Notes under the pieces: model-generated
Database searches by the model: none
The model's input: the letters and a program-made list of their open reading frames with translations, nothing else
What the model was told of the DNA's origin: nothing
Assembly (NCBI GenBank): GCA_037443365.1
Contig: JBBIOM010000007.1
Location: 19,303 to 83,302 of the forward strand
Length of the DNA: 64,000 bases
DNA from: Armatimonadota bacterium
Lineage (GTDB): Bacteria; Sysuimicrobiota; Sysuimicrobiia; Sysuimicrobiales; Humicultoraceae
Reading direction: 5' to 3'
Translations under genes and position numbers: made by a program
Part shown: positions 39,592-48,938 of the stretch, one piece after another
Position numbering within the stretch: the first letter of the stretch is position 1
Layout of the letters: each line of letters begins with the position of its first letter

Positions 39592-42264
39592 GTGGATGAA
39601 CTGAACGGGCGCGGGATGAGCGGGATGGCAATCGCCCGCCGCTTCCTGCGCTTCTTCCAGGACCGCGACCACCGGGTGGTCCCCAGCGCCTCGCTGGTGC
39701 CCCCCGGCGACCCCACGCTCCTCTTTACGAACGCCGGCATGGTGCAGTTCAAGGACGTCTTCCTGGGGGTCGAGCAGAGGTCATACGCTCGCGCGGCCTC
39801 AATACAACGCTGCATGCGCGTCAGCGGCAAGCACAACGACCTGGAGCAGGTGGGGCCCAGCCCCCGCCACCACACGCTGTTCTTCATGGCCGGCAACTTC
39901 AGCTTCGGCGACTACTTCAAGCGCGAGGCGATAGCGTACGCCTGGGAGTTCATGACGCGCGAGTTGGGCATCGCTCCCGAGCGGCTGGTCGCCACGGTGA
40001 TGGACGGCGATGACGAGGCGCTCGCGCACTGGAAGGCCGTGGGCCTGCCGGCGGAGCGCATCCTGCGCATGGGCGAGGCGACCAACTTCTGGTCGATGGG
40101 CGAGGTCGGCCCGTGCGGCCCCACGGCGGAACTGCACTACGACTGGGGCCCGTCGCGGTGCACGTGCGGCCGATCCGACTGCAGCGTGGCCCTGGACAAC
40201 AATTGCCAGCGATGGCTCGAGGTGTGGAACCTGGTGTTCATGCAGTACAACCAGGCGCCAGACGGCAGCCGCGCGCCCCTGCCCAAGCCGGGTGTGGACA
40301 CCGGGATGGGAATCGAGCGTGTGGCGGCCGTCCTGCAACAGGCGGCCTCCAACTACGACACCGACATGTTCGCGCCGATCCTGGGGCGGGTGCAGTCGCT
40401 CCTCGGGCACACCGACGCACAGCGCCAGGAGGCCATCGTCGCCTACCGCGTGATCGCCGACCACGGCCGGGCCGCGACGTTCCTGGTCGCCGACGGGGTG
40501 GTGCCGGGCAACGAGGGGCGCTCCTACGTGCTGCGCATGATCATGCGCCGGGCGATCCGGTTCGGACGGCGCATCGGCTTCGAGGGACCGTTCCTGGGTG
40601 AGATCGCCGACGCCGTGATCGCGCACATGGCCGCGGAGTTCCCCGAGTTGAGCGCACGGCGCGAGTTCATCCTCAAGATCCTGGGAGACGAGGAGGCGCG
40701 CTTCGCCCAGACGCTCTCCGGAGGGCTGGAGCGGCTGGCCGAGGTCGTGGCGGCGACGCGCGCGCAGGGTGGGAGCATCATCTCAGGCCCCGACGCCTTC
40801 CGGCTGTACGACACCTTCGGGTTCCCGATTGAGATGACACGGGATCTCGCGGGCGAGGCGGGCCTTGGAGTGGACGAGGTGGGCTTCCAGCGCGAGATGC
40901 AGGAGCAGCGCCGCCGGAGCCGCGAGGGCGCGGGCGATCAGGGGGGGAGAGGAGCGGCCGCGGTGGAGCCGGGCGCGCTTGACGGTCTTCCGGCCACGAT
41001 CTCGGCCGGCCACGCCCGCCGCGAGGCGCAGGCGCGGGTGCTGGCGGTGATCCGCGATGGCGTGCGAGTACCCGCATCCGACGCGGGCGACGAGGCAGTG
41101 ATCGTCTTGGACCGCACGCCGTTCTACGCCGAGGCAGGAGGCCAGGTGGGCGATGCGGGCACCCTCCTCGCACGCGGCCTGCGCCTGGAGGTCGGCGATG
41201 CGCGCCACATCACGCCGACCCTCGTCGGGCACTTCGGGCGCGTGGCCGCTGGCCGGGTGCGCGAGGGGATGCGCGTGCGGGCAGCGATTGACGGGCCCCG
41301 GCGGGACGCGGTGCGACGCAACCACACCGCCACCCATCTGCTGCACCAGGCCCTCGTGGAGGTGCTCGGGGAGCACGTGCAGCAGGCGGGATCGCTCGTG
41401 GCGCCCGATCGCCTGCGATTCGATTTCACCCACCCCGCCGCCCTGGCACCGGAGCAGCGGGCGCTCGTGGAGCGCCGCGTGAACGAGATGGTGATGGCCG
41501 CGCGGCCGGTGCGCGCGGAGGTGATGCCGCTCGACCGCGCGCTCTCGCGCGGGGCGAAGGCCCTCTTCGGCGAGAAGTACGGCGAGCGCGTCCGCGTCGT
41601 TTCGGTCGCGGGGTACAGCCGCGAGCTCTGCGGCGGAACGCACCTGGCCAACACCGGAAGCGTGGGCCTGTTCACCATCACATCCGAGAGCGCGGTGGCC
41701 GCGGGCATCCGGCGGATAGAGGCCGTGACAGGATGGCACGCGTACGAACGCGCGCGAGCGCACGAGCAGCTTCTCGGGGAGGTGGGCGCGGCGCTCCGCG
41801 CCGCACCCGCGGAGGTGCTCGAGCGCGTGCGGCGCCTCAGCGAGCGTGTGCGCGTCCTCGAGCGCGAGGCGAAGCAGCGTCCGGCCGGCCAGGAGAGCGA
41901 GGCGCGCTGCGAGGTGACCGATGCAGGGGGCGTGCGCGTCGTGACCGCGCGCCTGGAGGGCGACGCCGGGCACGAATCCCTGCGCGCGGCGGGCGACCGC
42001 CTGCGTGGTCGCTTCGGCAGCGGCGTTTACGTGCTTGCGGGTCCGGCCGGAGGCAGGGTGAACCTGGTCGTGATGGTAACCCCGGATCTCGCCGGGCGCG
42101 GCCTGCGCGCGGATGTCCTGGCGCGCGCGATCGCCGGGCGCATGGGAGGCACCGGGGGGGGAAAGGCCGAACTGGCGCAGGCGGCAGGCCGAGACCTGGA
42201 GCGTCTGGATGAAGCCATGGCGTCGGCCGCTGACGAGGTGAGGCGCCTGGGTGCGACAGGCTGA
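39592..42264 (+). CDS. alaS: Alanine--tRNA ligase
   Basis: It contains RRFLRFFQDRDHRVVPSASLVPPGDPTLLFTNAGMVQFKDVFLG, the editing domain (HTATHLL, CGGTHL) and a C-terminal DHHA1 region. The start may be ATG 39616 rather than 39592. Confidence 0.95.
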   Translation: MDELNGRGMSGMAIARRFLRFFQDRDHRVVPSASLVPPGDPTLLFTNAGMVQFKDVFLGVEQRSYARAASIQRCMRVSGKHNDLEQVGPSPRHHTLFFMAGNFSFGDYFKREAIAYAWEFMTRELGIAPERLVATVMDGDDEALAHWKAVGLPAERILRMGEATNFWSMGEVGPCGPTAELHYDWGPSRCTCGRSDCSVALDNNCQRWLEVWNLVFMQYNQAPDGSRAPLPKPGVDTGMGIERVAAVLQQAASNYDTDMFAPILGRVQSLLGHTDAQRQEAIVAYRVIADHGRAATFLVADGVVPGNEGRSYVLRMIMRRAIRFGRRIGFEGPFLGEIADAVIAHMAAEFPELSARREFILKILGDEEARFAQTLSGGLERLAEVVAATRAQGGSIISGPDAFRLYDTFGFPIEMTRDLAGEAGLGVDEVGFQREMQEQRRRSREGAGDQGGRGAAAVEPGALDGLPATISAGHARREAQARVLAVIRDGVRVPASDAGDEAVIVLDRTPFYAEAGGQVGDAGTLLARGLRLEVGDARHITPTLVGHFGRVAAGRVREGMRVRAAIDGPRRDAVRRNHTATHLLHQALVEVLGEHVQQAGSLVAPDRLRFDFTHPAALAPEQRALVERRVNEMVMAARPVRAEVMPLDRALSRGAKALFGEKYGERVRVVSVAGYSRELCGGTHLANTGSVGLFTITSESAVAAGIRRIEAVTGWHAYERARAHEQLLGEVGAALRAAPAEVLERVRRLSERVRVLEREAKQRPAGQESEARCEVTDAGGVRVVTARLEGDAGHESLRAAGDRLRGRFGSGVYVLAGPAGGRVNLVVMVTPDLAGRGLRADVLARAIAGRMGGTGGGKAELAQAAGRDLERLDEAMASAADEVRRLGATG

Positions 42265-42721
42265 CGGGCCGCGCGTCCTGGCGATAGACCCGGGCGAGCG
42301 GCGGTGGGGGATCGCCATCAGCGATCCGTTGGGTCGCATCGCCCTGCCCCTCGAGGTACGCGCGCGAGCCGGCTGGGCGGGTGACCTGGCCTATCTGCGG
42401 CAACTGGTGGACACATACCGCGTGGGCGAGGTCGTCGTGGGACGCCCCCTGACGACCCGGGGGAGCGCCGGCCCCCAGGCACAGGCTGCCGCGCGCCTTA
42501 CCCTGCGCCTGCGCAGTGCGCTTCGCGTGCCGGTGGTGGAGGTGGACGAACGCTTTTCCACGGCGGGCGCGGACCGGGCCCTGCGCGAGGGGGGTGCTGG
42601 CGGCCGGCGGCGCCGCATGCAACGCGACGCGGTGGCGGCCGCGCTTATCCTGCAGCCATACCTGGACCGCCGCCGCGGGGCGTTGCCCGGTTCGGATGAA
42701 GGTGCTATGCTCCCTCCGTAG
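42251..42721 (+). CDS. ruvX: Holliday junction resolvase-like protein RuvX (YqgF)
   Basis: It reads RVLAIDPGERRWGIAISDPLGRIALPLEV...VVVGRPL...VDERFST and overlaps the alaS 3' end. Confidence 0.9.
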   Translation: MRQADGPRVLAIDPGERRWGIAISDPLGRIALPLEVRARAGWAGDLAYLRQLVDTYRVGEVVVGRPLTTRGSAGPQAQAAARLTLRLRSALRVPVVEVDERFSTAGADRALREGGAGGRRRRMQRDAVAAALILQPYLDRRRGALPGSDEGAMLPP

Positions 42722-42744
42722 CTGACGACCGCGCCGGGGGAGGC

Positions 42745-43143
42745 GTGGCGGGCAATGGGGAGTCGCCGGCTCGGAGGTGCTGCGTGATCGAGGAACTGGA
42801 AACCGTTACGTTGGAAGACGAGGACGGCATCGAGCATCGGTTCAACGTCGTGGAGATCGTGGAAGTTGAGCGTCGTCGCTATGCCGTGTTGCTCCCCGAG
42901 GACGAGGAGGACGCGGCGGCGGTCATCTTCAGGATGGAGAGCGCCGACCATCTCGTACCGATCGAGGACGACGAGGAACTAGGCCGGGTGGTGGCCGCGC
43001 TTGAGGAGACGGCGGGCTACAGCGAGATCATTCTCGAGGAGGGCGGCGAGGATCGCGGCGACCTGGAATCGCTCGACGATCTCGTCGGCGAGGTTACGCC
43101 GAACGGGGACCGTGGAGACGATGACGACGAGGAGGATGAGTAG
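42745..43143 (+). CDS. DUF1292 domain protein
   Basis: It reads VTLEDEDGIEHRFNVVEIVEVERRRYAVLLPEDEED plus an acidic tail, in the conserved position between ruvX and mltG. Confidence 0.8.
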   Translation: MAGNGESPARRCCVIEELETVTLEDEDGIEHRFNVVEIVEVERRRYAVLLPEDEEDAAAVIFRMESADHLVPIEDDEELGRVVAALEETAGYSEIILEEGGEDRGDLESLDDLVGEVTPNGDRGDDDDEEDE

Positions 43144-43161
43144 GCGCTCCTGCGGACCGCC

Positions 43162-44151
43162 ATGATCGGGGCAGGCGTGATGCGCCGCCACTGGCTCCGG
43201 CGCGCGGTGTTGCTTGCAGGCACCGCGATCGCCGGCGCCGCGTTTCTGGGCCTGTGCGCGGGCGCGCTCCTCTGGTGCATGATGCGTCCTGTCGGAGGAC
43301 CCGGCCCGGCGCGAACGGTTGTCTTGACACCGGGGCAGACCACCTCGCAGATCGGCGCTGCCCTTGTGCAGGCCGGCCTGGTGCGCAGCGCGCGCGCGGT
43401 CGTCCTCGCCGCGCGGCTGCAGCGCGCCGACGGACGGCTCCGCCACGGCGAGTACGCGCTTGACCCCGGTCAGGGCGCCTGGCAGATCGTGCGCGTCCTG
43501 GCCCGGGGCGAGGCGGTTCTCCACCGGCTCACAATCCCGGAGGGATTCACGGTTGCTCAGATAGCCGATGAGCTGGCCAGGACCGGGCTGGGCGACCGCG
43601 GCCGGTTCCTCGAGATGGCGCAGGGCCTCGAGGGCTATCTCTTTCCTGACACCTACCTCCTGCCGCGCGGTCTGGGGGAGGAGGCCATCATCGAGCGCAT
43701 GCGCGCGCGATTCAACGACGTGGTCGGCCCCGAACTGCGCAAGGCGGCCCGAGAGCGCGGGTTGTCCCTGCAGGCGTTGGTGACGGTGGCCTCAATGATC
43801 GAGCGGGAAGCCCGGGTTCCCGAAGAGCGCCCGGTGATCGCGGGCGTCATCTACAACCGCCTGCGCCTGGGCATGCGCCTGGAGATAGACGCCACGGTCC
43901 TGTACGCGTTGGGGAGGCACAAGACCGAGCTCGCGCTCGCCGATCTGGGCGTGGAATCGCCGTACAATACCTACCGGCATGCGGGCCTGCCGCCGGGACC
44001 GATTGCCAACCCCGGCCTGGCCGCGATCTCCGCCGCGGCCGCCCCGGCGGAGACGCCGTTCCTGTTCTATGTCCTGCGGCCCGACGGCTCGCATCACTTC
44101 AGCCGCACGCTGCGGGAGCACCAGGAGGCGGTCAGGCGGTACAGGCGATGA
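43162..44151 (+). CDS. mltG: Endolytic peptidoglycan transglycosylase MltG (YceG-like)
   Basis: It has an N-terminal TM segment, then TIPEGFTVAQIADEL, ASMIEREA, and YNTYRHAGLPPGPIANPG. Confidence 0.9.
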   Translation: MIGAGVMRRHWLRRAVLLAGTAIAGAAFLGLCAGALLWCMMRPVGGPGPARTVVLTPGQTTSQIGAALVQAGLVRSARAVVLAARLQRADGRLRHGEYALDPGQGAWQIVRVLARGEAVLHRLTIPEGFTVAQIADELARTGLGDRGRFLEMAQGLEGYLFPDTYLLPRGLGEEAIIERMRARFNDVVGPELRKAARERGLSLQALVTVASMIEREARVPEERPVIAGVIYNRLRLGMRLEIDATVLYALGRHKTELALADLGVESPYNTYRHAGLPPGPIANPGLAAISAAAAPAETPFLFYVLRPDGSHHFSRTLREHQEAVRRYRR

Positions 44152-44678
44152 GCCGTCTGCTGCGCCTGCTCGCTCCGCGGTACCGAGTCCGCACAATCGT
44201 TGACCTCACACCCTCGCGGCTGCGGGCCTGGGGGATCGAGGCCCTCATGCTCGATCTCGACAACACGCTGGTCGCCTGGGGCAGGCTGGACCCGCCGGAC
44301 GAGGTCGTGGCCTGGCTGGAGGACCTCCGGCGGTCTGGAGTGCCGGTCTGCCTGGTGTCCAACACCCTCCCGTGGAGACTGGGGGCCGCTTCCGCGGCGC
44401 TGGGTCTGCCGGCGGCGCCGGGGCGGTCCAAGCCCAGCGCCGACAAGCTGCGCCGGGCGCTGCGCATCCTGGGCACACCGTTGGGGCGGACGGCGATAGC
44501 CGGCGACCAGCTCTTCACCGACGTGCTGGCCGGGAACAGGCTGGGCGTGCCCACAATCCTGGCTGGCCCGCTGTCCCCGCGCGAACCCCTGCGCGCGCGC
44601 GTGGTGCGGGCGTTGGAGCGGCTCGTGCTTCGCGCGCTGGCCCGCAGGGGGGTGGAGGCGGAGTGGCCTGAGGACTGA
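44148..44678 (+). CDS. YqeG-family HAD-IIIA phosphatase
   Basis: It contains LMLDLDNTLVAW (DxD motif), VSNT, and AIAGDQLFTDVLAGNRLG. Confidence 0.8.
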   Translation: MSRLLRLLAPRYRVRTIVDLTPSRLRAWGIEALMLDLDNTLVAWGRLDPPDEVVAWLEDLRRSGVPVCLVSNTLPWRLGAASAALGLPAAPGRSKPSADKLRRALRILGTPLGRTAIAGDQLFTDVLAGNRLGVPTILAGPLSPREPLRARVVRALERLVLRALARRGVEAEWPED

Positions 44679-44705
44679 CCGCGCCCTGGCGCGGGCATAG
44701 AGAGT

Positions 44706-46361
44706 GTGCGCGGAACGCGCGCATGCCTGCTGGAGCCGGAGATGAGAAGCGAGGGCAGGGTGGAATGGTGGCCCCTTCACGTGCGCGCGCTGATCGCGCT
44801 CTTCGGCCTTTCCGTTGTCCTTGTCGGCGTGCCTGCCGGGACCACGGTCAAGTCGCCGCTCACCCTGGCAGCGCTGCTTGTATTGCTGGTCGCCGCGGGC
44901 CTGCCCGGCGCCCTGACGCCTGCCCGTACCGGCGAGTTCCCCCTGGCCCGGCACAGCGGGGTGGCGCTGGAGCTGCTCATTGTGTCCTTCATCGTGTTCG
45001 AGACCGGCGGCGCCACCAGCTTCTTCTACTTCCTGTACGTGCCGGCGCTGATGCTGGCCACGCCTGGGCGCGGGATCGCCATGGGCGCGGTAACTGGCGC
45101 GGCATCCGCGGTCGGCTACGCTGTCGCAGCGGCCGCGCAGGGGGCAGTCGGGACGGTTGTGCTCCCGCGCGCGGCGCTCCTGATCCTGGCCGGGGTTCTG
45201 CTCGGGCTGATCGAGGAACGCCGGCGCGCGAGCGCCGCGCCGCTCGCCCGGGGCTACGAGATGCTTGCGCGCGAGGTCAACGCGGCCGCCGAGCAGCGCG
45301 CGGCCCTGGCGTCAATGGCGCCGCTGGATCTGGCCGGGCGCGCCAGGCAGTTCCTCGAGCGGGCGCTCCGCCTGGCGGATGCGCAGTGGGGCCTTGTGGC
45401 CATGCTGGATGACGACGGGCGTCCGGTCGTGGAAGCCCGCACCGGAACCGATGGGAGGCCCCGGCCCGCAGGCGTTTCCCTCGCGTTGGGCGGTGCGCTG
45501 GCCACCGCGCTCAGGTCAGGCGCTTCCCAGATGGTTCTGGACGCGGACAAGGACGCGGACTGGGTCAGCGTCTTCGGCGAGGATCCCGCGCGCTGCGCGG
45601 TCGTGATCCCGCTCTCGGCGCAGGGCGTACCGTTCGGCGCCCTCGTCCTGGCGCGCGATGGGCCCGGGCCGCTCTCCGACGAGCAGATGGCGGCCGCGCG
45701 AGCCCTGACCGAGATGACGGCCCCCCTGCTGAGGGACGCCCGGGCAGTGGCGCAGTCCAGCGAGTTCCTGCTGAACACGGTGAAGGCGCTGGCCGCGGCC
45801 CTGGAGGCCAAGGACCCCTACACGCTCGGCCACTCGCAGCGCGTTGCGACCTGCGCCGTCGCGATCGCCTCCGACCTGGGGCTTCCCGCGGACGAGATAG
45901 ACCGCATCCGCTGGGCGAGTCTCCTGCACGATATCGGGAAGATCGCGATCCCGGAGCACGTCCTGCGCAAACGCGGCCCCCTGAGCGATGAGGAGCGGGC
46001 GCTGATGAACCAGCACCCGGAGCGCGGGGCCAGCATCATGCGCGACGTGACGCTGTTCAGGCCGCTCGCCGACGACATCCGCTCCCACCAGGAGGCCTAC
46101 GACGGGAGCGGATACCCGGACGGCCTTGTCGGAAACGAGATTCCACTGGGCGCGCGCATCATCCGCGTCGGCGATACCTTTGACGCGGTGACCTCAAACC
46201 GCTCCTACCGGCCGGGCCGTACTGTGGAGCAGGCGATGGCCGAACTCAGCCGAGAGGCCGGTACCACGCTCGATCCGGCGCTGGTGGACGTGTTCCTCCG
46301 CATTCTGCGAGAGAAGCCGCCCTTTGAGATCCAGCTCCGGTTGTGGAGGGAGCGGTCGTAG
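44706..46361 (+). CDS. Membrane-anchored GAF plus HD-GYP domain protein (c-di-GMP phosphodiesterase type)
   Basis: It has N-terminal hydrophobic segments and a central GAF-like region. The HD-GYP region reads HSQRVATCAVAIASDLGL...LLHDIGKIAIPEHVLRKRGPLSDEERALMNQHPERG...HQEAYDGSGYPDGL. The start is uncertain: 44706 or ATG 44742. Confidence 0.88.
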   Translation: MRGTRACLLEPEMRSEGRVEWWPLHVRALIALFGLSVVLVGVPAGTTVKSPLTLAALLVLLVAAGLPGALTPARTGEFPLARHSGVALELLIVSFIVFETGGATSFFYFLYVPALMLATPGRGIAMGAVTGAASAVGYAVAAAAQGAVGTVVLPRAALLILAGVLLGLIEERRRASAAPLARGYEMLAREVNAAAEQRAALASMAPLDLAGRARQFLERALRLADAQWGLVAMLDDDGRPVVEARTGTDGRPRPAGVSLALGGALATALRSGASQMVLDADKDADWVSVFGEDPARCAVVIPLSAQGVPFGALVLARDGPGPLSDEQMAAARALTEMTAPLLRDARAVAQSSEFLLNTVKALAAALEAKDPYTLGHSQRVATCAVAIASDLGLPADEIDRIRWASLLHDIGKIAIPEHVLRKRGPLSDEERALMNQHPERGASIMRDVTLFRPLADDIRSHQEAYDGSGYPDGLVGNEIPLGARIIRVGDTFDAVTSNRSYRPGRTVEQAMAELSREAGTTLDPALVDVFLRILREKPPFEIQLRLWRERS

Positions 46362-46368
46362 CAGGGAC

Positions 46369-47385
46369 TCAGAAGTCGCCGGCCGAGGCGGTAGCGACCG
46401 TCGTGTTGCCCCCGGCACAGGCGCGCACAAGGGCTTCCTCCGCCCGCTCTATGAGCCCCTGGGCGCTCTCGGCGTCCCGGGGGTAGCACGCCAGTCCTAT
46501 GCTGACGGTGGGCGTCAGCGGGTACGGATGCCCGGGGGGGACGAACACCGTGCTCTCGACGGACCTACGGATGCGCTCCGCCAGCGCGAACGCTCCCTCG
46601 AGCGATGTCTCGGGCAGGACCAGCCCAAACCTGCCCGAACCCAGAGAGGCGCGGAGATCAACGAGCCGCGTCTCGGCCGTCAGTACTCCGGAGATGTGCA
46701 CGGCTATGGCCGTGGATGCCTCGCTCCCCAGGGTGCCGCTGATCTCCTCTTCCTGGTCAACCGCGAGCAGGGCCAGGGCGAAGGTGCGCCCGAACCGCTG
46801 GCTCCTGGCCAGTTCGCGCGCGGCGGCAGTCGCGAAGAAGGTCGCGTTGAACAGGCCGGTCTGCGCATCAACGATTATCTGCCTCCGCGCGCGCTCGCGC
46901 AGCTCGTCGAGCCGGCTCTGCTCGGTCAGCCCCCTGCGCGCGCGCTGCCGCTCGTGCCGCTGGATGACCTCGAGGACACCGGCCGATATCAGGCGGTTCA
47001 AGAAATGGACTGCCTCGGCATCCTGGTCGCCGGGGGGCACGGCTCCGGCCAGGAAGTCGAGCACGGCCGGCTTTACGTCCAGGAGGGCCCGGATCACCTC
47101 TTCCAGCGGCGTGTCCAGGGCGAAGGCCTCACCGCTGAGCCTGCCCGCGAACTCAACGAAGGACGACACCTGCCCGGTGCTTGCCGCCTCGGCGAGCGCG
47201 TCCAGCCCGGCCTGGGCATGCCGCTCCAGCCGCTCGTGGTCCTTCCACACCTGCCCACGAGCGGGAGTGAGGGCCATGGCGCGGGCCCAGTGCGTCGCCA
47301 GCATCCGGCGTCGCGTGCGTATGAGCTCAAGGGTGGAGGGGTTCATCGCGGCATCTTGTAGACCTGTTACTATGGCCGAGCGCAA
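46369..47385 (-). CDS. Degenerate GGDEF-domain protein with retained RxxD I-site (candidate c-di-GMP receptor)
   Basis: The C-terminal GGDEF fold reads DAQTGLFNATFF...LLAVDQEEE...TRLVDLRASLGSGRFGLVLPET...TVSIGLA...AEEALVRA. The signature GG(D/E)EF is replaced by GSGRF, while RLVD sits exactly 5 residues upstream. The N-terminal roughly 165 aa form a helical domain of unknown type. The start codon is uncertain. Confidence 0.82.
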   Translation of the reverse strand: MRSAIVTGLQDAAMNPSTLELIRTRRRMLATHWARAMALTPARGQVWKDHERLERHAQAGLDALAEAASTGQVSSFVEFAGRLSGEAFALDTPLEEVIRALLDVKPAVLDFLAGAVPPGDQDAEAVHFLNRLISAGVLEVIQRHERQRARRGLTEQSRLDELRERARRQIIVDAQTGLFNATFFATAAARELARSQRFGRTFALALLAVDQEEEISGTLGSEASTAIAVHISGVLTAETRLVDLRASLGSGRFGLVLPETSLEGAFALAERIRRSVESTVFVPPGHPYPLTPTVSIGLACYPRDAESAQGLIERAEEALVRACAGGNTTVATASAGDF

Positions 47386-47447
47386 ACTCCTTTCGCGCAG
47401 GGAAGGGAGGACCCAGCGGTGAATGCCCCAGACGGCGTCAGGCGACC

Positions 47448-47807
47448 ATGAGCACGAGTCTGAGAGGCATCCTCCAGGGACTTGCAGGCGACGATACGCG
47501 CGCCGTTGTGCTGCTCGACGCCGACGGCCGCGCGATCGAGACGGTCCTCAAGGGCGGCGCCGGCGATCCAGGCATAGTGGCTGGCGACCTGGCCGCGCTG
47601 TTCAAGGTCGGCGCCTACTGCGGCCGCAAGATGGACGGCGGCGAGATCGACTACCTCACCGTGACCACCGAGAGCCTGGCCCTCCTCGTGGTGGCGGTTG
47701 GGCCGGCGCACATCCTGGCGGCGGTGCTCGAGGCGGGCGGCAACATCGCGCGTGCCCGGCTGGCGGTACGCCGGTGCAAGGCCGAGATCATCGAGGCGCT
47801 GGGATGA
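47448..47807 (+). CDS. Roadblock/LC7 (MglB-like) domain protein
   Basis: 119 aa. It reads [25 protein letters not shown]...[43 protein letters not shown], the typical Roadblock/LC7 pattern. Confidence 0.85.
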   Translation: MSTSLRGILQGLAGDDTRAVVLLDADGRAIETVLKGGAGDPGIVAGDLAALFKVGAYCGRKMDGGEIDYLTVTTESLALLVVAVGPAHILAAVLEAGGNIARARLAVRRCKAEIIEALG

Positions 47808-48787
47808 AGCGCGCCCTGATCCTCGCGGCTGCCTGGATCGCCGCGGTCGGGCTCATGCAAGGAGCCGCATACGGCGCCGGGCCTGCCTCCGACCCGCTGC
47901 GCGTCGGCGCGGCGCTGTTTGCGCGGGGCGACCTCGCGGGCGCCGAGGCCGCCTTCGTGCGCGCGGTGGGGCGGCATCCCGGTTCGGCCCACGCGTGGCT
48001 TTGGCTCGGCGTCGTGCAGTTCCACGCGGGCGCCACGGAGCGCTGCGAACAGTCGCTCGCCCGGGCCGCCCGGCTCTCACCGCGCAATGGGATGGTGCTG
48101 CTCTGGTGGGGTCATGCGCTGGTCTTGGTGGGGCGCCCGGTCGAGGCCGCGACCGCCTTTCGGCACGCCGCGATCACCCAGGCGCCCGATGCCGTGCGTG
48201 ATCTGGCCCGTCAGGCGCTGCGGGCGTTGGGGCCGCTCCCACAGCCTGCCGGTCATCCTGCTCCTGACGGCGCGCGATCTCCGACCGCGCCGTCCTGGGT
48301 GACGGATGTTGCCAGCTACGGCGCCATCGCCCGCTTCTACAACTCCGGCCTTACGCACGGGCAGACGGCCGCGATCGGTCAAGCCCTGCTCGGCTACAGC
48401 AGGCACTTCAACGTGGATCCCCGGCTGGTGGTTGCGCTCGTGGTGGTCGAGTCGGGATTCCAGCCGGCGGCGCGCTCCCGGGCGGGCGCGATCGGGCTGG
48501 GACAGCTCATGCCGGACACCGCCCGCGCGATGGGAGTGGACGCTACCGACCCTGTGCAGAATCTCTACGGCACCATCCGGTACCTCCGCGGCAACCTGGA
48601 CCGGTTCGGATGGGACAGGGCGCACCTGGCGCTGGCCGCCTACAACGCGGGCAAAGGCGCCGTGCTGAGGCACAACGGAATCCCTCCGTACGCCGAGACG
48701 CAGTGGTACGTGGCGAACGTGTCCGGACTCTACCGGCGGCTTCTGCAGATTCCCGGTGGGAGTGGGGAGCTATCCGGGCGTCTCTAG
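47804..48787 (+). CDS. Secreted TPR plus SLT-domain lytic transglycosylase
   Basis: ATG 47804 overlaps the Roadblock stop (ATGA). It has a signal peptide, a TPR-like region, and an SLT catalytic region: [27 protein letters not shown]...[10 protein letters not shown]...ALAAYNAG. Confidence 0.85.
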   Translation: MKRALILAAAWIAAVGLMQGAAYGAGPASDPLRVGAALFARGDLAGAEAAFVRAVGRHPGSAHAWLWLGVVQFHAGATERCEQSLARAARLSPRNGMVLLWWGHALVLVGRPVEAATAFRHAAITQAPDAVRDLARQALRALGPLPQPAGHPAPDGARSPTAPSWVTDVASYGAIARFYNSGLTHGQTAAIGQALLGYSRHFNVDPRLVVALVVVESGFQPAARSRAGAIGLGQLMPDTARAMGVDATDPVQNLYGTIRYLRGNLDRFGWDRAHLALAAYNAGKGAVLRHNGIPPYAETQWYVANVSGLYRRLLQIPGGSGELSGRL

Positions 48788-48840
48788 GTAAGTTAGGGGG
48801 GGACTAGGCAGAGCCAAGAGCGGGAAAGAAGCAGGTTGCA

Positions 48841-48938
48841 GGCAACCCTCGAACAGGCAAACCCGCCGCGAGGCGGGGACGCAAAGCCAACGGGGCCTGG
48901 AGGCCCGAGTCCGCGGGCTCCGGGCCGGCCGGGTTGCC
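48841..48938 (+). promoter_or_regulatory. c-di-GMP-I (GEMM-I) riboswitch-like aptamer, copy A
   Basis: GGCAACCC-tcgaaca-GGCAAACC-CGCC-GCGA-GGCG-GGGACGCAAAGCC-aaCGGGGCC-tgga-GGCCCG...GCCGGGTTGCC. It has the two conserved GEMM-I cores, a GNRA-capped hairpin between them and an outer 8-bp helix (48841-48848 with 48931-48938). An SD-like AAGGGGAG follows 2 nt later. Confidence 0.78.

Noticed and set aside
48788-48840. AAGTTAG ... ACTAG, shared between the regions upstream of aptamer A and aptamer C (minus strand 58545-58590), as a possible common promoter or operator.
   Set aside because: The words are only 5-7 nt long and their spacing differs. Chance occurrence is too likely for this to be reported as a feature.
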